Assembly: GCF_963921235.1 (NCBI RefSeq)
Contig: NW_026948187.1
Location: 6,572,001-6,636,000 of the forward strand
Reading direction: 5' to 3'
DNA from: Mobula hypostoma
Taxonomy: Eukaryota
Length of the DNA stretch: 64,000 nt
Shown here: piece by piece, positions 23,330 to 35,489 of the stretch
Layout: each line of letters opens with the position of its first letter
How positions within the stretch are numbered: position 1 is the first letter of the stretch
Made by a program: the position numbers and the translations under genes
The notes under the pieces: model-generated
Database searches by the model: none
What the model saw: only the letters and a program-made list of their open reading frames with translations
Told to the model about the DNA's origin: nothing

Positions 23330-24930
23330 GTCCTAGACACCCCCACTACAGGAAATATCCACTCCATCTGTCAGGAAACATCCTCTCCACATCCACTCTA
23401 CCTGTGTCCTCTGGTCCCAGACTCCTCCACTATAGGAAACATCCTCTCCACATCCACTCTATCTGTGTCCTCTGGTCCCAGACTCCTCCACTATAGGAAA
23501 CATCCTCTCCACATCCAGTCTATATGTGTCCTCTGGTCCTAGACTCCCCCACTATAGGAAACATCCTCTCCACATCCACTCTATCTGTGTCCTCTGGTCC
23601 CAGACTCCTCCACTATAGGAAACATCCTCTCCACATCCAGTCTATATGTGTCCTCTGGTCCTAGCTTCCCCCACTATAGGAAACATCCTCTCCACATCCA
23701 CTCTATCTGTGTCCTCTGGTCCTAGACTCCCCCACTACAGGAAACATCCTCTCCACATCCACTCTATCTGTGTCCTCTGGTCCTAGACTCCCCCACTACA
23801 GGAAACATCCTCTCCACATCCACTCTATCTGTGTCCTCTGGTCCTAGACTCCCCCACTACAGGAAACATCCTCTCCACATCCACTCTATCTGTGCCCTCT
23901 GGTCCTAGACTCCCCCACTACAGGAAACATCCTCTCCACATCCACTCTATCTGTGTCCTCTGGTCCTAGACTCCCCCACTATAGGAAACATCCTCTCCAC
24001 ATCCACTCTATCTGTGTCCTCTGGTCCTAGACTCCCCCACTACAGGAAACATCCTCTCCACATCCACTCTATCTGTGTCCTCTGGTCCTAGACTCCCCCA
24101 CTACAGGAAACATCCTCTCCACATCCACTCTATCTGTGCCCTCTGGTCCTAGACTCCCCCACTACAGGAAACATCCTCTCCACATCCACTCTATCTGTGT
24201 CCTCTGGTCCTAGACTCCCCCACTATAGGAAACATCCTCTCCACATCCACTCTATCTGTGTCCTCTGGTCCTAGACTCCCCCACTACAGGAAACATCCTC
24301 TCCACATCCACTCTATCTGTGCCCTCTGGTCCTAGACTCCCCCACTACAGGAAACATCCTCTCCACATCCACTCTATCTGTGTCCTCTGGTCCTAGACTC
24401 CCCCACTACAGGAAACATCCTCTCCACATCCACTCTATCTGTGCCCTCTGGTCCTAGACTCCCCCACTACAGGATACATCCTCTCCACATCCACTCTATC
24501 TGTGCCCTCTGGGCCTGGACTCCCACCAGTACAAGAAACATCCTCTCCACATCCACTCTGTCTGTTCCCTCTGGTCCTAGACTCTCCCCACTACAGGAAA
24601 CATCCTCTCCACATCCACTCTATCTGTGTCCTCTGGTCCTAGACTCCCCCACTGCAGGAAACATCCTCTCCACATCCACTCTATCTGTGCCCTCTGGTCC
24701 AAGACTCCCCCACTACAGGACACATCCTCTCCACATCCACTCTATCTGTGTCCTCTGGTCCTAGACTCCCCCAACTACAGGAAACATCCTCTCCACATCC
24801 ACTCTATCTGTGTCCTCTGGTACTCGACTCCCCCAACTACAGTAAACATCCTCTCCACATCCACTCTATCTATGTCCTCTGGTCCTCGACTCCCCCATCA
24901 CAGGAAACATCCTCTCCACATCCATTCTAT
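23330..24930. repeat. 61-bp minisatellite, ~26 units, derived from CR1 ORF2 (DRVDVERMFPIVGESRTRGH segment)
   Basis: Unit on +: GGAAACATCCTCTCCACATCCACTCTATCTGTGTCCTCTGGTCCTAGACTCCCCCACTACA. Confidence 0.92.
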
Positions 24931-24934
24931 CGAG

Positions 24935-27900
24935 GCCGTTCAACATTCTTCTGAATTCCACTGACTTCAGGCCCAGTGAAATCAAACGCTCCTCATGCTA
25001 TAAGCGTTTCAATCCCGAATGCTTTTCGTCAACCCCCATGGAACCCTCCCCAGTGTCAGGACATACTTTCTAAGATTAGGGACACAAGGCTGCTCACAGT
25101 ATTCCAAGTAAGCCCTCAAAAATTCTTTACAAAGCCTCAACATTACAACCTTGCTTTCATATTCTAGTCCTCCCGAAATTAATGCCAATCTTGCATTTGC
25201 CTTCCTCATCTCTGACTCAACCTGTAAATTAACCTTCAGGGAATTTTCCCCTGTACCTTTGCACTTCAGAGTTTTGGATTCTCTATCCAGTTAGAACATA
25301 GACAATAGAACATAGTATAGTACAGCACAGTACAGGCCCTTCGGCCCACACTGTTTTGCCGACCCTCAAACACTGCCTCCCATATAAGCCCTCCTTAAAT
25401 TCCTCCATATACCGGTCTAGTAGTCTCTTAATCTTCACTAGTGTATCTGCCTCCACCACTGACTCAGGCAGTGTATTCCAAGCACCAACCACTCTCTGAG
25501 TAAAAAACCTTCCTCTAATATCCCCCTTGAACTTCCCACCCCTTACCTTCAAGCCACGTCCTCTTGTATTGGGCAGTGGTGCCCTGGGGAAGAGGCGCTG
25601 GCTATTCACTCTATCTATTCCTCTTATTATTTTGTACACCTCTATCATGTCTCCTCTCATCCTCCTTCTCTCCAAAGAGTAAAGCCCTAGCTCCCTTGGG
25701 CCACGACCTCTGACTGTTCACCCTCCCATGTTATAGTGCTTGAGGACATCCCGGCTTTCATTCCTACCCCAACTTCCCCCCTTTCCTTCCGAATCACGGA
25801 GGTAGACTCGACCACTTCGACTTCCCCCTGTTCAATCCCCTCGAGGGTGTCCGAAAGTGACACACCTGCTGTTGAGGGTGATGGCCACCGCCGGACTCTA
25901 CACTGGCTCGTTAATCCCTTTCCCCTTCCAGACTGTTACCCAGTATCCGGTGTCAGGCACCTTGGGTGTAACTACCTCTCTATCTGTCACCCTCGCTCAG
26001 CCTCAGATCCGGAGTTAAAAACAGAAGAAATAGGAGCTGGAGTAGGCCATCCGGCCCATCGAGCCTGCCCCGCCATTCAATAAGGTTGTGGGTGTTCTGT
26101 CCCCTAAACCCAGCTCTATCTACCTGCCTTTTCTCCCATAACCCTTAATTCTGAAATGAAAATGAAATACCTTTATTGTCATTGCACGGTACAATTTGTC
26201 ATGCACCAATGCAGCGAAAATGAGTTTGCAACTCCCGTAATCAATGCTACAAAACAACAAATAAAATAAATAAACTATAAATAAAATCGAGTAACCAGCC
26301 GGTACAACCAAAAACAATAAAACCAGTATTAAAGTAGCAATATAACATAGAAGAGAGAATAGGACAGCACATTCAAGGCCCTTCGGCCCACAATGTTGTG
26401 CCGACCGTCAAACCCTGCCTCCCAAAAAAACCCCGCCTCCCAAATAAACCCCCACCTTCCATTCCTCCATATACCTGTCTAGTAGTCTCTTAAACTTCAC
26501 GAGTGCATCTGCCTCCACCACTGACTCAGGCAGTGCATTCCACGCACCAACCACTCTCTGAGTAAAAAACTTTCCTCTAATATCCCCCTTGAACTTCCCA
26601 CCCCTTATCTTAAAGCCATGTCCTCTTGTATTGAGCAGTGGTGACCCGGGAAAGAGGCGCTGGCTGTCCACTCTATCTACTCCTCTTATTATCTTGTACA
26701 CCTCTATCATGTCTCCTCTCATCCTCCTTCTCTCTGGAGAGTAAAGCCCGAGCTCCCTTAATCTCTGATCATAATCCATACACTAAACCAGGCAGCATCT
26801 TGGTAAATCTCCTCTGTACCCTTTCCAATGCTTCCACATCCTTCCTATAGTGAGGCGACCAGAACTGGACACAGTACTCCAAGTGTGGGCTAACCAGAGT
26901 TTTATAGAGCTGCATTAATACCCGGCGATTCTTAAACTCTATCCTTCGACTTCTGAAAGCTAACACCACATAAGCTTTCTTAACTACCCTATCCACCTGT
27001 GAGGCAACTTTCAGGGATCTGTGGACATGTACCCCCAGATCCCTCTGCTCCTACACACTACCAAGTATCCTGCCATTTACTTTGTATTCTTCCTTGAAGT
27101 CTGTCCTTCCAAAGTGTACCACCTCACACTTCTCCGGGTTGAACTCCATCTGCCACTTTCCAGCCCACTTCTGCATCCTATCAATGTCTCTCTGCAATCT
27201 TCGACAATCCTCTACACTATCTACAACACCACCAACCTTTGTGTCGTCTGCAAACTTGCCAACCCACCCTTCTACCCCCACATCCAGGTCATTAATAAAA
27301 ATCACGAAAAGTAGAGTTCCCAGAACAGATCCTTGTGGGACACCAATAGTCACAATCCTCCAATCTGAATGGACACGCTCCACCACCACCCTCTGCCTTC
27401 TGCAGGCAAGCCAATTCTGAATCCACCAGGCCAAACTTGCCTGGATCCCATGCCTTCTAACTTTCTGAATAAGCCTACCGTATGGAACCTTGTCAAATGC
27501 CTTACTAAAGTCCATATAGATCACATCCAGTGCGCTACCCTCATCTATATGTCCGGTCACCTCCTCAAAGAACACTAATATAACAAATTTATGGATGAAG
27601 CTTGATCGATTGGTTCAGAGCAATTACAACTCCTGGGAAAAAGCTATTTTGCAATTCCCTTAATATGTAAAAACCTATCTAACTGTATCGTAAATATATT
27701 CAATGAAGAAGCCTCAACTGCTTGTCTGGGCAGAGAATTCCACAGATTCACAACTCTCTGGGAAAAACAGTTTCTCCTCATCTCCTCATCCCCCTGAATC
27801 TTGTGGCAATGTCCCCTTGTCCCAGTCTCGCCTACCAATGGAAACAACTTTCCTACTTCTACCTTATCTATCCCTTTCACGATTTTGTATATTTCTATAA

Positions 27901-28070
27901 GATCCCCGCTCATTCTTCGGAATTCCAGAGAGCATAGCCCCAGGCGACTCAATCTCTCCTCATAGGTTAACCCCTTCATCCCTGGGATCAACCCGGTGAA
28001 CCTCCTCTGCACCGCTTCAAAAGCCAGTATATCCTTCCTCAAGTCAGGAGACCAGATTTCACCCAGTTCC
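24935..28070 (-). mobile_element. Cluster of CR1-clade LINE fragments
   Basis: Multiple RT C-terminal frames: YMDFSKAFDKVP, GVPQGSVLG, FADDTKV, YCVQFWSP, FFTQRVV. Confidence 0.82.
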
Positions 28071-28564
28071 AGCTCCAACTCCTTGACGCACCGATTTATA
28101 GAAGCTGCAGCCAGGCGCACCTGTCGCGGCTGCAGTCGTCAGGGAGGCTGGCGGTCTCCCTGCCTTCCCACAGCCCGCGAGAGGGGCATTGTCACCGCGC
28201 CGGAGCCAACAACGCTGCGCCGTGATCAAACGGGCCACTAGACCGACCCCGCTTGCCCGCGCAATTCCCACTTCCCTCCGTTTCCGTCACGTTCAGGCGT
28301 CTGTCCAAACCTCTGTTAAAAGACACCCGTGTTTACTGGCTCTGTCACCGCCCCAGGCAGCGTATTCCACTCTGCGTGTAAAAGTCTTGCCCCTCGCATC
28401 TCCTTCGAACCTACCCCCTCTCACCTTGCATCTAGGCCCTGTGGTATTAGTGATTTTGGTCCTCGGGAAAAGACACGGTCTGTCCATTCCATCCATGCCT
28501 CTCATAATCTTAATCTATTTATCTAGATTAATCTATAGACTATGATAGATCTCGTAATCTATCT

Positions 28565-29150
28565 TCCCCACTGCAGGAAACATCCTCTCCACATCCACTC
28601 TATCTGTGTCTCTGGTCCTAGACTCCCCCACTACAGGAAACATCCTCTCCACATGCACTCTATCTGTGTCCTCTGGTCCTAGACTCCCCCACTACAGGAA
28701 ACATCCTCTCCACATCCACTCTATCTGTGTCCTCTGGTCCTAGACTCCCCACTGTAGGAAACATCCTCTCCACATCCACTCTATCTGTGTCCTCTGGTCC
28801 TACACTCCCCCACTATAGGAAACATCCTCTCCACATCCACTCTATCTGTGTCCTCTGGTCCTCGACTCCCCCCTGTAGGAAACATCCTCTCCACATTCAC
28901 TCTATCTGTGTCCTCTGGTCCTAGAATCCCCCACTATAGGAAACATCCTCTCCACATCCACTCTATCTGTGTCCTCTGGTCCTCGACTCCCCCCTGTAGG
29001 AAACATCCTCTCCACATCCACTCTATCTGTGTCCTCTGGTCCTAGACTCCCCCACTATAGTAAACATCCTCTCCACATTCACTCTATCTGTGTCCTCTGG
29101 TCCTAGAATCCCCCACTATAGGAAACATCCTCTCCTCATCCTCTCTATCT
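28565..29150. repeat. 61-bp CR1-derived minisatellite, ~9 units
   Basis: Same unit and orientation as 23330-24930. Confidence 0.9.
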
Positions 29151-29212
29151 CGTTATCTGAAACCTCCACCAGATCTTCCGTCAGCCTCCGCCGCTCCAAT
29201 AACAATATAGGG

Positions 29213-29505
29213 ATCCGTAAGTCTCAGTGACCATGGATTTGCGCCTTGGAGGGTTTCCAGGGCGCAGGACGGGGCTAGGTTGTACGGAAGACCAGCAGTT
29301 GCCCATGCTGCAAGTCTCCCCTCTCCACGCCACCGATGTTGTCCAAGGGAAGGGCACTAGGACCCATGCAGATTGGCACCGGTGTCGTCACAGAGCACTG
29401 TGTGGTTAAGTGCCTTGCTCAAGGGCACAACACACTGCCTCAGCCGAGTGTCGAACTAGCGACCTTCAGATCACTAGACGAACGCTCTAACCACTTGGCC
29501 ACGGG
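29213..29505 (-). mobile_element. tRNA-derived SINE
   Basis: Same head and body as 11287-11565. Abuts a (CA)n tract. Confidence 0.85.
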
Positions 29506-29507
29506 TC

Positions 29508-29508
<1 letters not shown>

Positions 29509-29591
<83 letters not shown>
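29509..29591. repeat. (CA)n microsatellite
   Basis: Direct reading. Confidence 0.95.
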
Positions 29592-29595
<4 letters not shown>

Positions 29596-30180
29596 AGTAA
29601 CAATAAACCAGAAATAACTCTTCCAGCTGTGTTCCCCGACAGCCCTCCACGCTGCCCACAGCTCCATCAATCCACCCGGCTACGCTTCCAAGGGCAACCG
29701 AGGTCTCAGCGCGAATCGCTGTGGAGCCTCACCGGCCACGGGCCTCCAGGCAGAGTGGGCGGCGCGGCCGCGCAGGCGCCGGCGTGTGCGGAGACACTCG
29801 CGGGCCGCTCGCAGGCCCTCCCTCGCAGGCGAAGCCTTTCACATGCACGAGTCGATGGACACGCGAAAAATAAACTGGACTAGCTGCCTCCATACCCAAT
29901 GCCAACATAAGACCATAAGACATAGGAGGAGAATTAGGCCAACTGATCCATCGAGTCTGCTCCGCCAGTGAATCATAGCTGATCCTCTTTGTTTTATCTC
30001 CTCCTCAACCCCAGTTCCCGGCCTTCTCCCCGTTCCCAAGCAAGAACCTATCGATCTCTGCCTTAAATACACCCATCGACCTGGCCTCCACAGCCGCATG
30101 TGGAAACAAATTCCACAAATTCACCACCCTCTGGCTAAAGAAATTTCTCCGCATCTCTGTTTTGAAAGGGCGCCCATCTA

Positions 30181-30822
30181 AAGCTGTTTGGTATGCTGGC
30201 CTTTATAAATCAGAGCACTGAGTACAGGAGTTGGGATGTAACGTTGAAAATGTACAAGGCATTGGTGAGGACAAATTTGGAGTATTGTGTACAGTTCTGG
30301 TCACCGAATTATAGGAAAGATGTCAAAAAATAGAGAGAGTACAGAGGAGATTTACTAGAATGTTACCTGGGTTTCATCTCCTAAGTTACAGAGAAAGGTT
30401 GAACAAGTTGGGTCTTTATTCTTTGGAGCGTAGAAGGTTGAGGGGGGACTTGATAGAGGTATTTAAGATTATGAGGGGGATAGATAGAGTTGACGTGGAT
30501 AGGCTTTTTCCATTGAGAGTGGGGGAGCTTCAAACAAGAGGACATGAGTTGAGAGTTAAAGGGCAAAAGTTTAGGGGTAACACGAGGGGGAACTTCTTTA
30601 CTCAGAGAGTGGTGGCTGTGTGGAACGAGAAGTGGTCGAGGCAGGTTCGATGCTGTCGTTTAAAGTTAAATTGGACAGCTATATGGACAGGAAAGGAATG
30701 GAGGGTTATGGGCTGAGTGCAGGTCGGTGGGACTAGGTGAGAGTAAGAGTTCGGCACGGACTAGAAGGGCCGAGATGGCCTGTTTCCATGCTGTTATTGT
30801 TATATGATTATATGGTTATATC
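30181..30822 (+). mobile_element. CR1 3' fragment with (TTATATG)-type tail
   Basis: LEYCVQFWSPN..LERRRLRGD. Carries a 10-nt deletion at TGGAACGAG^AAGTGG that is shared with 34465-35066. Confidence 0.88.
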
Positions 30823-31499
30823 TTGAGGCTGTGCCCTCCTGTCCCAGACTCTCCCACCATGGGAGACATGCAGCTGGTAGCAGAAAGGAGAAACAATAAC
30901 AAGTCGCAGAATAGAGGGTCACAGTTACAGAGAGAGTGCAGTGCAGGCGATATTGTGCAAGGGGGCCCGCGACGAGTTAGATCGTGAGGTCCAGCTCCCA
31001 TCTGATCCCACTAGGGGACCGTTCACCAGTCTGATACCAGCGGGGTGGAATCTGTCCTTGGGCCTGGTGGGTCTGCGTTCCGTTATCGTTTTATCGTCAA
31101 CTACCCCGATACTCTGGCGATTGAAAGCGTCAGTTCTGAATGCCACTTAGAACCAAGTTTTTCACCCTCCCTCGGCGCATGTCAGAAAAGTAAAACAGTC
31201 ACCGGATTACTTGGACGGCCGTGCGAGACAATACGACCGTAAGATATGGGGGCAGAATTCGGCCATTCGGCCCATCGACTCTGCTCCACCATTCTCCCCA
31301 AATCCTTTCAAGCCCTGAGCAATACAGAATCTGTTAACCTCTGCCTTAAATATACTTAAAGGCTTACGTATATACTTATATACTTAAATATACTCCATAG
31401 CTACCTGTGGCAATGAATTCAACCGATTCTCCACTCTCTGGCTAATGAAGGTCCCTCCTTATCTCAGTCCTAAAAGGGAGCTTCTCTGTTTTGTGCCTG

Positions 31500-31980
31500 T
31501 GTCCTCTGGTCCTAGACTCCCCCCCAGTACCGGAAGCACCCTCTCCACATCCACTCTATCTGTGTCCTCTGGTCCTAGACTCCCCCACTATGGGGGAAAC
31601 ATCCTCTCCACATCCACTCTATCTGTGTCCTCTGGTCCTAGACTCCCCCCAGTACCGGAAACACCCTCTCCACATCCACTCTATCTGTGTCCTCTGGTCC
31701 TAGACTCCCCCCAGTACCGGAAACACCCTCTCCACATCCACTCTATCTGTGTCCTCTGGTCCTAGACTCCCCCACTACAGGAAACATCCTCTCCACATCC
31801 ACTCTATCTGTGTCCTCTGGACCTAGACTCCCCCACTATAGCAAATATCGTCTCCACATCCACTCTATCTGTGTCCTCTGGTCCGAGACTCCCCCACTAC
31901 AGGAAACATCGTCTCCACATCCACTCTATCTGTGTCCTCTGGTCAGAGACTCCCCCACTACAGGAAACATCGTCTCCATA
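31500..31980. repeat. 61-bp CR1-derived minisatellite, ~8 units (includes GTACCGGAAACACC variants)
   Basis: Same unit and orientation. Confidence 0.88.
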
Positions 31981-32378
31981 TCTACTGTCAAGGCCTTTCA
32001 CCGTACTATTGGTTTCAAATAGATCACCCCTCATTCTTTTAAATTCCAGTGAGTACAGACCAGGAGCCATCAAGCGCTCCTCCTGTGACAACCTGTTTAA
32101 TCCTAGAATCATTTTCCTGATGCTCCTTTGAACAATCTCTCCAGTTTGAGCACATCTTTTCTAAAATAGTGGCCCCAAACGTGCGCACAATGCTCCAAGT
32201 GAGACCTCAGTGTTGTTTTATAAACTCTGAACATTGCTGGGACAGATTCGGAGGCATATGGAGCAAACGCGGGGGGAAATGCGACTGCCATAGAGGGCGA
32301 ATTTGGTCGGCGTGGACCATTTGTATAGAAAGGCCTCGTTTCTTTGTCGGTGGCCGGTAGTAGCCACTTGGCCGGTAG

Positions 32379-32593
32379 TTCTGTGGGAGAGGTTGAAAGC
32401 TAGATTTGTCCAGGTGAGTCTAGGACTTTGACAGCTGCGTTGAGAGTCCGTCCCGGAGCCCGAACTCAGCCGCAAGTTTAGTTAAGCCGTTCGGACTTGC
32501 GGCTGTGTCGGGGCTCCGGGACGGACTGCCAACGCCGCTGTCAAACTCCTAGACTCTCCTGGACAAATCTAGCTTTCAATCTCTCCCACAGAA
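32379..32593. repeat. 215-bp imperfect palindrome (99-bp arms, 17-nt loop); possible foldback/MITE
   Basis: The left arm 32379-32477 is the near reverse complement of the right arm 32495-32593. For example, GTGGGAGAGGTTGAAAGCTAGATTTGTCCAGG pairs with CCTGGACAAATCTAGCTTTCAATCTCTCCCAC. Confidence 0.92.
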
Positions 32594-32656
32594 TTGTTTC
32601 TTTACTTCTCCGACTCCACCGCGGACGGACCCAAAGGGACAGAGGGCAAGGAAGGT

Positions 32657-32716
<60 letters not shown>

Positions 32717-33226
32717 GCGGGAAAACAGAGAGGGACAATGAGTGGAGGGAAAAAGAAAGAGAGATGGAAGGCAGAGTGAGTGAGAGAGACAGAAAGACAG
32801 AGACAGGAAGACAGAAGAGACGGAGGGACAAAGAGAGAGAGAGGGAGAGAGAAACAGCGAAGAGTGCGAGAAAGGACGCGATAAAATAAGGAGCGAAACT
32901 GAGAGACGGAGGGAGGGAGAGAGATAGTGGCAGGGAGAGGGCGAGGGAGATACCAAGAGAGGGAGAGAAACAGAGTGAATGAGGCGAAAGAGAGCGAGAG
33001 GGAGCGAGAGGGAGAGAGACAGAGTGAGTGAGTGAGAGAGAGAGAGACAGAGAGAGGACAGAAAGAGCCTTGCTCTCTCGGTGTTTTCAGGGTGCCCCGT
33101 GTCCCTCCCTCTCGATCCCCTTCCCTCCGGTGGGAAGCAGCCCGAATCCTGGCTCTATTCGCACCCGGTTCGTCCCGCTCCCGCCCCCAGTCACCTTGGG
33201 CCGGGGGGTGCCGCAAATCCACTCAC

Positions 33227-33276
33227 CCAAGACGACCAGCTTCGTCCCGCCGCCGAAGTAAGCTTCATAGTTAGAG
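33227..33276 (-). CDS. TRBJ: TRB J segment J2.1 (SNYEAYFGGGTKLVVL)
   Basis: 12-RSS: CACGGCG 33277-33283, spacer GTTAGACGGTGC, nonamer ACCAGAACC 33296-33304. Donor G|GTGAGT. Confidence 0.95.
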
Positions 33277-34029
33277 CACGGCGGTTAGACGGTGCACCAG
33301 AACCCGCTCTCGGCTCTGACACTCGCAGAGCGCTTCACAGAGCAGCACGGCGCGGCGGGGGGTGGGGGGGGGGCAGGCCCTTCGGCCCGACGAGTCCGTG
33401 CTGGCCGCGGTGCCCACCCGGCTAGTCCTAATCCAGCCTGTATCCTCACGTGTAAAATTAAAATACAGGTGTACCAGCCCCAACCGCGTCTCCTGGCAAC
33501 TCCTTACTGTATCAGGGCCTCCTCTGCGTGAAAATGTTGCCCTCGGGTCCCTTCTAAATTTTTGCCCTCTAACCCTAAACCGTCGCTCCGTAGTGTCGGA
33601 CTCCCCCACCCCGGGGGAAAGTCGGCGCCCGTCCACTTTAGGTACAGTTTCGCGCTCCCGATTTGACACCCCACTCTCAGGTCGCCCTTCATAACCCACT
33701 CCGCTCCCGGGAATCAGGACTGGCCCCGGCTCCGCCTCTCCGTGCACCCCTTTACGCCCTGGCCAAGTCCCCGTTTATCCGTCCCCGGAGTGGCAGAGTG
33801 ACCAGAGGACGGAACCCCATCCTCCAGGCGCGGCACAACTGTAAAAGGACCTCCCTACCTCTCGACAGAGGCCTTTCGGAGGCATTCAGACGGGGGCATG
33901 GGTGCGCCGGGATCGGAGGGTCCGGGGCCAACTTCAGGCGAATGGTGTCGGTTGGATTGCCATCGCGGTCGGAACAGAGACTATGGGCCGAAGGGCCTCC
34001 TCCCGTGCTGTGATCAGGGGTTGCCAACC

Positions 34030-35100
34030 TTTGTTACCACATAACCATATAACAGTTACTGCACGGAACCAGGCCATCTCGGCCCTTCTAGTCCGTGCCG
34101 GACTCTTACTCTCACCTAGTCCCACCGACCCGCACTCAGCCCATAACCCTCCATTCCTTTCCTGTCCAATTCGGTGACTGGAACTGTACACAATACTCCA
34201 AATTTGGCCTTACCAATGCATTGCAGTATTTCAACATTACATCCCAACTCCTATACTCAATGCTCTGATTTATAAAGGCCAGCAAACCAAAAGCTTTCTT
34301 CACCACCCTATCCACATGAGATTCCACCTTCAGGGAACTATGCACCATTATTCCTAGATCCCTCTGTTCTACCGCATTCTTCAATGCCCTACCATTTACC
34401 ATGTATGCCCTATTTTCGAATGTTCTCGGTAACAAATCAAACCTCCTCGAACTCTGAATAAAATATAATCATATAACCATATAACAATTACAGCACGGGA
34501 AAAGGCCACCTCGGGCCCTTCTAGTCCGTGCCGAACTCTTACCCTCACCTAGTCCCACCAACCTGCACTCAGCCCATAACCCTCCATTCCTTTCCTGTCC
34601 ATATATCTATCCAATTTAACTTTAAACGACAACATCGAACCTGCCTCGACCACTTCTCGTTCCACACAGCTACCACTCTCTGAGTAAAGAAGTTCCCCCT
34701 CGTGTTACCCCTAAACTTTTGCCCCATCACTTCCTCTTGTTTGAATCTCCCCCACTCTCAATGGAAAAAGTCTATCCACGTCAACTCTATCTATCCCTCT
34801 CATAATTTTAAATACCTCTATCAAGTCCCCCCTCAACCTTCTACGCTCCAAAGAATAAAGAGTCAACTTGTTCAACCTTTCTCTGTAACTTAGGAGATGA
34901 AACCCAGGTAACATTGTAGTAAATCTTCTCTGTACTTCCTCAATTTTGTTGACATTTTTCCTATCATTCGGTGACCAGAACTGTACACGATACTCCAAAT
35001 TTGGCCTTACCAATGCCTTGTACAATTTCAACATTACATCCCAACTCCTATACTCAATTTATAAAGCCTAGCATACGAAAAGCTTTCTTCACCACCTGGA
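34030..35100 (-). mobile_element. CR1 3' fragments (two tandem 3' ends)
   Basis: KLYKALVRPNLEY..FWSPN..LERRRLRGD, with (TTATATG) tails. Confidence 0.85.
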
Positions 35101-35489
35101 GCCTTACCATTAACTTTTGTGTGGAAACTGGCTTTTCATGCTCCAATCAATTCTCTCCCCCCTCATCTTAAACGTTTGCCCTATCTGTGCCCCTCGTGGT
35201 TTTACACACGTCTGTAAGGTCCCGCCTAGGCTCTAAGGAATAAAGTCCCAACATGCCCGACCTCTCTCCGTAACTCAGACCCTCTAGTTCCGGCGACATC
35301 CTCGTAAATCTCCCTCCGCACTCTCTCCAGCTCGGCGGCATCTTTCCTACAGCAAGGCGACCAAAACCGAACACCGTGCTCCCAGCGCGGCCTCACCGAC
35401 GTCTCGTACAACCGGGACGTGACCTCCCGACTCCCGTACTCAGTGTCCTGACTGATGAAGGCCAGCGTGTCGAACGCCTTCTTCACCGT

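Noticed and set aside
23330-24930. CRISPR-like regular repeat array
   Set aside because: The units are contiguous with no unique spacers, are derived from CR1, and the context is eukaryotic with no cas genes.
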